Both the position numbers and the translations under genes were made by a program. The notes beneath the pieces are model-generated. The model did not search any database. It worked only from the letters and a program-made list of their open reading frames with translations, and had not been told where the DNA came from. Of a stretch of 64,000 bases of DNA, positions 22,492-32,341 are shown piece by piece (the stretch's first letter is position 1; each line of letters begins with the position of its first letter). Source of the DNA: Pachysolen tannophilus NRRL Y-2460 (taxonomy: Eukaryota); assembly GCA_001661245.1 (NCBI GenBank), contig KV454018.1, positions 245,944-309,943 of the forward strand, read 5' to 3'.

Positions 22492-23671
22492 TCAAAAATC
22501 TTCTTCTTCTTCTTCTTCTTCTTCTTCATCTTCTTCATCTCCAAGATCGCCTTCAAAAGTACATATTTCTTCTCTTTCCATTGAATCTTCACTCAAGATG
22601 TTACGATATTTTGCAACTTTTTCACCATCGAGAGCATATAATTTATTAGCATACAAGGTGATTCTTCTAGCTTGAAGTTCTAATAAATCATCTGCTTCTG
22701 TTAATTCGAGATTTTCTTCTAAAGAAGCATCTTCATCTGAAGAAGCAATTACTGCTGGGTAACAATAATTTGTCCAAAGATCCTGACCAATAAGATAAAC
22801 GGGGACATTTTTCATCCAATTAATGACTTTTTCATTATGGCCCATATTTTTAGCAGTACGTGGATTAAATTCTTTTGGAAATTGACTAGAAGCTGTAGTT
22901 AAATTATTATTAAGAGAACCATTTTCAAATAAATCATTTGGATAAAACCCAAAATTCATAGTTGGTTGAACATTTTGTAATTCAGCAGCATTAGTAGCTA
23001 ATAAAGCAATTGCAGAAGAATTATTATTATTGTTATTATTATTATTATTATTATTATTGGCAAATAGTTGCTCTTGATCAAAACTCTTGTTGTTATACAG
23101 ATTAGTGTTATTAAAATTGATATGTCCACCAGTGTATGATGGTAAACATGGAAGACTAATATCTGTAGTTTCTTGAAACTTCCCAGAAACATAATTATTC
23201 TGAGGTCCCATTGATTTGTTAGTTGCTATGGTAATTGGCTGTAAATGTGTAGTTCTTTGTTGTTGCAGTTGTTGTTGTTGTTGTTGTTGTTGTGATTGTG
23301 ATTGAGGTTGTGGTTGTGGTTGTGGTTGTAGTTGTAATTGTAGTTGAGGCTGCAGCTGCAGCTGCAGCTGCGGCTGAACTTGTTGTTGCTGTTGTTGTTG
23401 AACTTGTTGTTGTTGATTTCTAGCAAAGCCCAAGTTAGCTGGAGTAATAGGTGAGCCAAAATTTCTTGCTGATTGATTCGTACCATCAGGAGAGATCATA
23501 ACAACATAACTTGAACTCAAATCATTATGAAACTTATTTTGAATAGGTGTAATTGCATGCTGAGAATATATAATTGGTTAATAAATCAAAACTTTTCCTT
23601 ACTTTGATTTAAAAGCTTTTGGTAATAATTACTGGTGCATATTGAAGTTCTTGGTAAACATTATCACCCAT
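22492..23671 (-). CDS. Unknown Q/N-rich protein, two exons (23633-23671, 22492-23559)
   Basis: ATG at 23671 (MGDNVYQELQYAP), phase-0 73-nt intron GTAATT...TATTAAC...CAG joins in frame to the long ORF; polyQ/polyN tracts and a compact C-terminal domain. Confidence 0.65.
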
Positions 23672-24321
23672 TTTTTTTTTTTTTTTTTTATTTTATTTTA
23701 TTTTATTTTGCGCTTCAAATATTGAAAAACAATTAAAATGACTTTATTTATTGTGAAATAATATCAGTTATCTTTGAATACAAGTAAAAATGGCCAAAAA
23801 AAAAAAAAATTTTAAAAAAAGGTTGACAAATTTTTCTTTTCAAGCATTCTAAGATCAAGAAAAAAAAAATTGAAAGATTAAAAGCTTTTAAAATTAAATT
23901 TTTAGACTATAGAACATATTCCTCAATTTAGGATTTCAAAAGTTTCAATTTCTCTTATCTACTGTGCTCTACTGTGCTTTTGCTCTTCTTTGCTCTGCTC
24001 TTCTCTTGCTTGCTAAAAACTGATACAATCTTTAATACCACAAAAACCATTCTCCGAAAAAAAAAGATCACAAAACTCCGAAACTCCGACTAAATCCGAA
24101 CTTTAGGGGAAAAAAAAGCAAAAAATCCGAAAACGGAATTTTGTTAATTTGGAACACTACTTTTGTTCAATTTAGTGATGAGATATTTTTCAGTTTATTT
24201 ATGGGCAGGAAGGAATGTATATCTATAGCGGTATTAATGATTCTTTTAATAGGTATTAATTTGATTTGGATATTTAATTTTTTTTTTTTTTTGTCTTTAA
24301 ATTTTGTCCTGATTACTTGTG

Positions 24322-27300
24322 ATGGGTGTTCATTCATTATGGGATATTTTGGGTCCAACTGCGAGACCAGTTAGGTTAGAATCTTTAAGTAGGAGGAAGC
24401 TAGCTGTAGATGCATCAATATGGGTATATCAATTTTTAAAAGCTGTTAGAGATAAAGAAGGTAATTCTTTGAAAAATTCACATATAGTTGGTTTTTTCAG
24501 AAGAATTTGTAAATTATTATATTTTGGTATATTACCTGTATTTGTATTTGATGGTGGGGCACCTATTTTGAAAAAAGAAACTATTAGAAAGAGGCAAGAG
24601 AGAAGACAGGGGAAAAAGGATACTTTACAACAAACTGCTCAAAAATTATTAACTTTTCAACTTCAAAAATTGGCTGATGAAGAATATATGAAAGAAACTT
24701 CACCAAGAAAAATTAATAAAAATGATAATCATCAAGAAAAGAAGAAAAGGCAAATAAATGATGATGAATTAGAATTTGAAAATTATTTTGAAGATTTTGA
24801 TTATTTGAATTCAAATAATAGCAATAGCAATAATAATGAAGATCAACAAATATCAACATTATCAACAAAAACAATACAAAAACAAGAAAACGATAAAAAA
24901 TTTAAAAGACAGGATGAATATCATTTACCAATGATGGAAGGTTTTGAAACTTCTGAAAATGATGATAGGATGATTACAGATTATGAGTTCAAAAGATTAA
25001 CTGAAGGATTAGAAGATGAATTAGAAGGTGTAGATTTAGAAAAAATTGACCCTGCATCACCAGAATTCCTGGAATTGCCCCTATCAACTCAATACACTGT
25101 TCTTTCTCATTTAAGGTTGAGATCAAGATTAAGAATGGGTTATACTAAAGAACAATTAGAAGCTTTGTTTCCAAAAAGTATTGATTTTAGTAAATTTCAA
25201 ATATCAATGGTTCAAAAAAGAAATTATTTGACACAAAGATTAATGAATATAACAGGTATGGACAATAGTGATATTGTAACCACTAGAAGAGTTGCAGGTG
25301 AAAGAGGAAGAGAATATCAATTAGTTAAAAATGAAGATGGGTATACTTTATCCTTGAATGATGCTGGTCAATCTTCAAATAAACCTATTGAGTTGGATGA
25401 AAATGGAGATGTTAAAGAACCTGAGCATAATGAAGATGAAGATCAAGATCAAGATGAAGAAGTCGAATGGGAAGATGTACCAATAGAAAATTCTAATTCA
25501 AACTCAAAAGAAGAAAATACAATTGATATAGATGCTCTTTTTAAACAAGCTGAAGCTATGGGAATAACTAAATCTAATAATAAAACAAATATAATTGATT
25601 CACTTGACTCATATTTAGGTGTTGACTCTCAACTTAAACGACAAGCTATATATGATAGCCGCATGGATGAAAATCCCAATGAAAATGAAGGAGATGATGA
25701 TACAAATGATGAAGATTATCAGCAAGCTTTATTTCAATCTTTACAAAGTAAAAACAAGAATCTAAATGAAAATGGTAAAGATCATCAAATGAAAAAAGCA
25801 ATTGAAGATTCAAAACAGAAATATTTTGAAATGAAAGAAAAAGAAAAACTATTGAATAATAATAATAATAATAATAATAAATTAGGATCAAATGATGAAA
25901 AATTGAAATCGGATGAGCATAATATTGAAATCCAAGTTCCACACTTTTCTTTAAAAAGCTCAATGCTTTTCAATAATGAAGCTAATAAATCATCTGAAAA
26001 GAAAAAAGATCATCAGAGAATTGAACTGGAAGAGAAACGGAAGCCAGCAAGGGAAGAACAAGAGAGAGAAGAGCCTGATCTGACCAAAAAAATGAACTCA
26101 CCACCGATTAAAAATAAACCAATGCCATCCTGGTTTAATGTTTCGCAAGTTGAGACAGGCAAGAAGAATCCTTATAATACTGATTATTCAATATATAATC
26201 AAAATTCTCTTTCTACTGAAGATGAACAGGCCGGTTTGATTTCTCTGGAGGCTGCACAACAATATTTGCAAGAAGAAGAGCTGGAGGAAATGGAAGAAGA
26301 TAGAGAGCTGGAACAAGATGGAAGCGACTTGGAGATTATTGAAGGAGACCAAATACCTGTTACTGCTAATGAAAAAAATAATTTGGAAAGCAAGAAACTA
26401 GATACAAACGCAAATGGTAAAGCAATAAAAGATATTTTAAAACCTAAACCTACTAAAAGTCAAGATCAAGAATCTGAGAAGCAGGATAAAGTTTTTTTGG
26501 ATTATGATTTTTCAGAATCAGAAGAAGAAGGTTTGAAGGAACAGCTTGAGCAAGAAGAACTGGAACATCAAAGGTTTACTTCTTCTTTAAACCATACTCA
26601 ATCAACAACTACGACAAGCTCGTGGTCGTTGGAAGATGAGGCAAAACTACAAGAGCAAAGAAGAAACCAAAGAAGGGATGCAGATGAAGTAACACAAGGT
26701 ATGATTGATGATATAAAAGATTTATTGAAAAGATTCGGTATACCTTATACCACTGCACCTATGGAGGCAGAGGCCCAATGTGCAGAGTTATTGTCACTAA
26801 AATTAGTTGATGGAATCATTACAGATGATAGTGATTGTTTCTTATTTGGAGGTGATATTATTTATAAAAATATGTTTAATGAAAAAAATTATGTTGAATG
26901 TTATATGGTAGATGACATTGAAAGAGATTTAGGTTTAAATAGAGAAAAGTTAATTGAGTTAGCAATTCTTTTAGGAAGTGATTATACAGAAGGTATTAAT
27001 GGTGTCGGTAAGGTTACAGCAATGGAAATATTAGCCGAGTTTGACAATGGTGAAAACAATGGCGAAAACAATGATGAGAAAGAATTTGGTTCAGCATTAA
27101 TAAACTTCAGAAATTGGTGGATGGATTATCAAAGAGGTGTTAAGATTGATCCAAATGAGTCTTCCATAAGGAAGAAATTAAGGAAATTATTATTTTCTAA
27201 AAAACTATACTTGGACAATTTTTTCCCTAATCAATTGATATTCGAAGCTTACTTAAAACCTGAAGTCGATCATGATAAAACCAAATTCCAATGGGGGAAA

Positions 27301-27540
27301 CCAGATTTAGATAAATTAAGAGTTTTCTTGATGTATAATGTTGGTTGGTCCCAAGAAAAAATTGATCAAATCTTGGTTCCTGTAATCAAAGATTTAAATA
27401 AGAAACAACAAACTACAATTAATGAATTCTTCCCAAGAGATGTCATGCAAAAGAGAAGGGAATTAAATTTAGGAAAAAGATTGAAAAATGCAACTCTGAA
27501 ATTGAGTAATAACAGTAATAAAAGACAAAAAACAAGTTAA
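24322..27540 (+). CDS. RAD2: XPG-family NER endonuclease Rad2
   Basis: MGVHSLW, AVDASIW, FVFDGG N-domain; APMEAEAQCA, ITDDSD, LLGSDYTEG I-domain; PIP-like QTTINEFF. Confidence 0.98.
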   Translation: MGVHSLWDILGPTARPVRLESLSRRKLAVDASIWVYQFLKAVRDKEGNSLKNSHIVGFFRRICKLLYFGILPVFVFDGGAPILKKETIRKRQERRQGKKDTLQQTAQKLLTFQLQKLADEEYMKETSPRKINKNDNHQEKKKRQINDDELEFENYFEDFDYLNSNNSNSNNNEDQQISTLSTKTIQKQENDKKFKRQDEYHLPMMEGFETSENDDRMITDYEFKRLTEGLEDELEGVDLEKIDPASPEFLELPLSTQYTVLSHLRLRSRLRMGYTKEQLEALFPKSIDFSKFQISMVQKRNYLTQRLMNITGMDNSDIVTTRRVAGERGREYQLVKNEDGYTLSLNDAGQSSNKPIELDENGDVKEPEHNEDEDQDQDEEVEWEDVPIENSNSNSKEENTIDIDALFKQAEAMGITKSNNKTNIIDSLDSYLGVDSQLKRQAIYDSRMDENPNENEGDDDTNDEDYQQALFQSLQSKNKNLNENGKDHQMKKAIEDSKQKYFEMKEKEKLLNNNNNNNNKLGSNDEKLKSDEHNIEIQVPHFSLKSSMLFNNEANKSSEKKKDHQRIELEEKRKPAREEQEREEPDLTKKMNSPPIKNKPMPSWFNVSQVETGKKNPYNTDYSIYNQNSLSTEDEQAGLISLEAAQQYLQEEELEEMEEDRELEQDGSDLEIIEGDQIPVTANEKNNLESKKLDTNANGKAIKDILKPKPTKSQDQESEKQDKVFLDYDFSESEEEGLKEQLEQEELEHQRFTSSLNHTQSTTTTSSWSLEDEAKLQEQRRNQRRDADEVTQGMIDDIKDLLKRFGIPYTTAPMEAEAQCAELLSLKLVDGIITDDSDCFLFGGDIIYKNMFNEKNYVECYMVDDIERDLGLNREKLIELAILLGSDYTEGINGVGKVTAMEILAEFDNGENNGENNDEKEFGSALINFRNWWMDYQRGVKIDPNESSIRKKLRKLLFSKKLYLDNFFPNQLIFEAYLKPEVDHDKTKFQWGKPDLDKLRVFLMYNVGWSQEKIDQILVPVIKDLNKKQQTTINEFFPRDVMQKRRELNLGKRLKNATLKLSNNSNKRQKTS

Positions 27541-27773
27541 AAAAGCAGAGAGGGATAAATCAGGCATATTTAGTATATTTATTTTTTTATAGGTTCTTAG
27601 GTTTATAATGGGAATAAAAATGAATTGAAATTATAGCTTTATTGTATCATATATATTTCTCTCTATATGAGAACAAAAAAAAAAAGAAAAAGGATTAATT
27701 GAAAAAGACTCAACTATTATTAAATTTCTCTAGGAAAAGAAGTTGTTGTTTTTAATTTTTATCAAATATTCTC

Positions 27774-28279
27774 TCAAGATGTCTCTAAAACATAATTATC
27801 AATGCCAAATTCAGTGACAAATCGACCGATTCCACCTACTAGATACCAGACTTTAACATCAATATCTTCAAAGCTATCAGGGTCGGAATTTTTCAAATCC
27901 TGCAAATAAGAAAGAAATAATTGCAGTGCAGATGGACTTCTCATTTCACCATACATACATATGAAAACGATATCGTTGAATTTTTTCGATTTAATTTCAT
28001 CCAGAAACTTCTCTAAGTTCAGTTCAAAGTCATCCACCGAATAATGAAGAGATCCTTTTATATGTCCCTGTATAATCATAAATTAGTAAAATTCCGACTA
28101 TATATTCTTTTTATTCAAATAAATTCATTTCAACTTACAAAATCGGCGAAATCATCATCTCTAACATCAACTAAACCTAAATTTCCCTCACCAGTTGAAG
28201 ATCCCCCACCATCTAACCATTCCATCAAATCAAAATTTTGGATACCCTCAGGTTCGTCTTCTTCGTTTAGTATAGGCAT
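27774..28279 (-). CDS. YCH1: Cdc25-like rhodanese-fold phosphatase Ych1/Ibp1, two exons (28139-28279, 27774-28067)
   Basis: 71-nt intron GTAAGT...TACTAAT...CAG gives VDVRDDDFADF|GHIKGS; CX5R loop CMYGEMR; adjacent to PCT1 as YGR202C/YGR203W. Confidence 0.88.
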
Positions 28280-28745
28280 AATGACTATAGTTATTACACT
28301 ATAATTAAAATTAAAAATATTATTTGAATATAAAATAATTAGATCAGGGACAAGAGCAACAACTATTCGAGTTTTTATATTAAAATTGTAAAAAGGTGAA
28401 ATTCTACAACTTGCACGTGATTGCATTAAAACCTTTATAAAATTAGTTGATTCCTTTTCTTTTTTTGAAACTAAAAGTAATGCTGCGCCTATATAGAACT
28501 ATCAGAAATGTAAGATAAAGGAGATAAAAAAGAATAGGTTATTTGAATTATACAATTGTGGTAAAATCTCCAGCATATAATGATGACTAGCATGAAACCC
28601 TTTTTTTTTTTTTTTTTTTTTTTCTCTTTTTTTGTATAAATCAAGATAGATATTAAAAAGAAAAGAATTGTTTTCAAGTGAAAATATGAATTTTTGAAAA
28701 ACCAAGAGAAAAGAAAGGAAAAAAAAAAATTTTTGATTCTTGTAT

Positions 28746-30236
28746 CTATTTGTGTTTATTATTTGTCTTTCTCTTTTTATGTTCCGATTCTTCTCCTTTT
28801 TTTTGCTCTTGAGCTTCATGCGCACTAGCTAATGTGCGCTCATCTTCTGATGAATGATAGCCATATAAATTGTCTTCTTCTTCTTCTTCTTCTTCTTCAT
28901 CATCATTTGCGTCGTTGTGATCATCCTGTTCTTTATGATCCTCGTTACTTTCTTCTCCACTAGCAAAACTTGAAGAATTTTCCAGGTCATCATTTTTCTT
29001 CATCCAATCTTTAAAATTATCAATAAAAGATCTACCAGAATCACTACGTCTCAAATTTCCATTATATTTAGAAGCAAAATCTGTTGCTGGTGATCTTGTT
29101 CTTTTCAAAGCAGTAAAAGTGGATGTTGATGAAGGTGATAGTAATTTATTACTACCTCTCAAGTATTCTCTAACTTCAAAATACAAATCTTTTGATGCAT
29201 TATTTAAATTTTCATTTGTCTTTTTCCAATAACCTCTAAAATCGTTAATATGTTTTTTAAATTCCAATTCATTTTTTTTTAACCAACTAACGTTTAATTC
29301 TTTCCTAGTAGCACCTCTAGCAAAATTTCTCATTAAATATTTATCATAATCTCTAATGATTTTGGTAATAATATCTGATGTTGAGATACCTCCTGTTCTC
29401 TGTGTTGTTAAAAACATTCCTTTCATCTTCATTGGTCTATATATATCATCTGAATCTGTAGATGCATAAGGTAAATCATCATGAGCAACATAATCAATCT
29501 TATGTTCTTGTAAAAATTCAGGGGTTACACACCATGGAGCATTAGGTATTACTTCATCAACCCATCTACAATGCTTTAAAGTCTCACAACGTTGAACATC
29601 TGTTAAAACAGTTAAACCTTTACGTTTATGAGTTTCTACATCACTGGGAACACCACAAACTAAAGTAACATTTGGGAAAGCTTTTTTACATTGTTCTAAT
29701 TGTCTCATATGACCAAGATGAAATAAATCAAAAACACCATCTGCATAAATTCTAATAGGACGATTTTTTGGAGGTAAATTAAATTTAAAACCTTTTGGTC
29801 TATATTTTCTAAGATCTTCTGGAAGTAATTCATCCAATTTTTTTTCATTTTCTAAAAATTTCATCTCTTCACTTGATTTCGTCTTTTGCTTCTTATTCGA
29901 TTTAGGACGAATACCATCATCACCATCCGAACCATCACTCTCACTTATCACTCTGTTATTATCTGTAGCATTATCATTATCCAGCAGTTCCAAATCAGCC
30001 CTAGTTCTCTTCTTAAATAATGAGGTAAAAGAACCATTCTTTAATAAACCTCTTGAATTAGGCAGCTCAATTGATTTAGCTCTTTCAACTGAACGTCCAG
30101 TTTTTGGACTTGTCTTCAAAGAATCTGAATTTTTATCAACATTATTATTCTTATTCTTGGACCCAGAAGTACCGGAAATACCAGAGGTGGTAGTAGCAGC
30201 AGTAGTAGTCCTACTTCTAGTTCTAGCAGTACCCAT
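28746..30236 (-). CDS. PCT1: Choline-phosphate cytidylyltransferase
   Basis: RIYADGVFDLFHLGHM, YVAHDDLPY, RTGGISTSDIITKIIRDYDKYLMRNFARG. Confidence 0.98.
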   Translation of the reverse strand: MGTARTRSRTTTAATTTSGISGTSGSKNKNNNVDKNSDSLKTSPKTGRSVERAKSIELPNSRGLLKNGSFTSLFKKRTRADLELLDNDNATDNNRVISESDGSDGDDGIRPKSNKKQKTKSSEEMKFLENEKKLDELLPEDLRKYRPKGFKFNLPPKNRPIRIYADGVFDLFHLGHMRQLEQCKKAFPNVTLVCGVPSDVETHKRKGLTVLTDVQRCETLKHCRWVDEVIPNAPWCVTPEFLQEHKIDYVAHDDLPYASTDSDDIYRPMKMKGMFLTTQRTGGISTSDIITKIIRDYDKYLMRNFARGATRKELNVSWLKKNELEFKKHINDFRGYWKKTNENLNNASKDLYFEVREYLRGSNKLLSPSSTSTFTALKRTRSPATDFASKYNGNLRRSDSGRSFIDNFKDWMKKNDDLENSSSFASGEESNEDHKEQDDHNDANDDEEEEEEEEDNLYGYHSSEDERTLASAHEAQEQKKGEESEHKKRKTNNKHK

Positions 30237-31127
30237 TTTCTTTTCCCCCCTCTTATTTCCACCTTAACTCTTAATTAAAGTCAATCTCTGTTTAGTTAAG
30301 TCAATGATAGACTACTATATCCAAATAGCATCAACAGAAGTTAAGCGCCGTGTATTTTGTATATCTTTTAATCAATATTTAACAGATCATTTGATTTTTT
30401 CTGCTCTTTTTTTTTTTACTGCTTTTTTTTTTGTTGAAATTTTTTAGTTTTTTTTTTTGTTTTTTTCAATTGCTCGAATAGCATGTGCTTTAAGAGAAAC
30501 AACAAGACTTACAACAACAACAATCTATCATCAACATAGTAGAATGAAACAGCAGGTATGTAGGGCTACACTTTTGGTGGTGAATTAGTTTTCATCTTTA
30601 AGAGAATGTCCAAGCTATGAAAATTTGAATTGTAGAAGGGGAGTGTTCAATTGGTCTTTGTATATGGTTTTGAATTACATCTGCACGTAATTCCGGTATT
30701 GCTTATTAAATTTATGCCTATCATTTCAACTTAAGTTTCGAGGATTTAATAATTGTAATCATCACTTTGCATTTGCATTTGCATTTACATTTGCTATTGT
30801 CATTGCAATTGTGATTTTTAGGAGTGATTGTGTTCCATGTACTCGAGTGGTTACGAGTTCCCGAGAAAGGTATTGTGTAATATTTTCAAAAATTTAATAG
30901 TTGTTACTACAATTCTGTTTAAATTTCAAGAAATTAAAGATGGCAATATAATGATTTGTTAAATATAGCATAAATTTACTTGATATTTGTCAATTATTAC
31001 TATATTATATGATTTAATCTATTTTGTAAATTGTGTAAAGGCCTGGGTGCAATGGATTTAAGTGCATGGATTTAAGTGCGATGGATTGATAGTTTAGTAG
31101 TATTGGTGTTTTCGTAAAATATGGTTT

Positions 31128-31200
31128 GCCTTTATGGCCAAGTTGGTAAGGCACCTCACTAGTAATGAGGAGATCGTCAGTTCGAATCTGGCTGAAGGCA
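31128..31200 (+). tRNA. tRNA-Thr(AGT)
   Basis: GCCTTTATGGCCAAGTTGGTAAGGCACCTCACT-AGT-AATGAGGAGATCGTCAGTTCGAATCTGGCTGAAGGCA followed by a T-run. Confidence 0.96.
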
Positions 31201-31375
31201 ATTTTTTTTTATTTTTCAAAAAAAAATTTTTTTTTCTTCTTTTAATGCCTGAAAAGACAGATAGATGGATAGATAGATAAATAAATGTTTGGATAATTCT
31301 ACAATTATAAATTACGCTAATACATTGATTCTGATTTCGATTCTAAATATATATATATATATATGGGAAAGTTTG

Positions 31376-32001
31376 TTATACAAGTTGTTTTCTTGAATCT
31401 TTGAAAAACAATTGAACAACGGCAATTTGTAAACCAGCCATACCTGCCATTAACAAAACGTCAAATAAAGAAAATTGAAAGATTCTTCTTTCTGTAGATT
31501 TAACGGTGGATTGGTTTCTATTATTTCTTGTTTTATAATATTGTAAAGATTTAATTAAATCATTCAACTTTGCTTCAATTCTATCTACTGAATGTTGCAT
31601 ACCTTCCACAGCAATTGGTTGATCTGGCGCCTTTGGTAATTCAGCTTTAAAATCATCATCCAATTTAATTTCAAAATCAACTACTTTTTCTGCAAATGTA
31701 GACATTCCATTTGCAAAACAAAATTCATATTCACCAACTTTTTCAGCAATAAATACCCAATCACCTTGTCTCTGTTTCAGTTCATTAACTATAATAGAAC
31801 CATCAGGTGCCTTTATCGTATAATCAATATCAAATGATCCCCCTGATTGAACTGCAAAATAATAACCTACATTCGAATTAGGTTTATCTGCAAATATATA
31901 ATAACATGTCTTCTCTTGAGCTCCTAATACAAATGTTAAAGCAGATCCTCTAACAACTGAAACTAAAAATAAAATAAAAAAAATTTATCCTGATACTTCA
32001 T
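31376..32001 (-). CDS. ERP3: p24/GOLD cargo receptor Erp3-like (apparent 1-nt frameshift in T8 run, 31976-31983)
   Basis: Upstream of the ORF-track start the frame reads ALTFVLGAQEKTCYY...YYFAVQSGGSFDIDY...GEYEFCF. ATG 32001 becomes in frame if one T is added. Divergent from CDC7 as YDL018C/YDL017W. Confidence 0.85.
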
Positions 32002-32341
32002 CACGCCTATAAAAATCAATCTTTTCAAATTATTCTCTTGATTGCAATTTCTTTTTAATATTAGATTTAGATTCTTTTTTTATTATTATATTATATTACA
32101 CGTAGATAACTTTTTGTTAAATTTATTTATTTTCAAAATGAACTTTTTTTTTTCTTTGGATTTTTTTTCTCTGTTTTTTTTTTTTGGTTGATTAAAAAAA
32201 GAAAAACTTTATGAAAATTAGACGCGCTTACAAAAATACAAACAAAACAAAAAGAAAACAAAAGAAAAGAAAATTAAAAGAAAATAAGATAGTACAACTG
32301 GAAGGTTGAAGTGATTGGGATTTGATGGTTAGAATTGGAGG

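Noticed and set aside
2560..26320. CUG=Ser code (some CTGs in Mcm1 and Rad2 disordered regions read naturally as Ser)
   Set aside because: Those sites are unconserved; conserved positions in Crh1, Ych1 and Mrpl44 point to Ala.
30480..31127. Possible solo LTR upstream of tRNA-Thr, including an ATGGATTTAAGTGC duplication near 31052-31080
   Set aside because: No TG...CA boundaries with target-site duplication and no second copy in the window.
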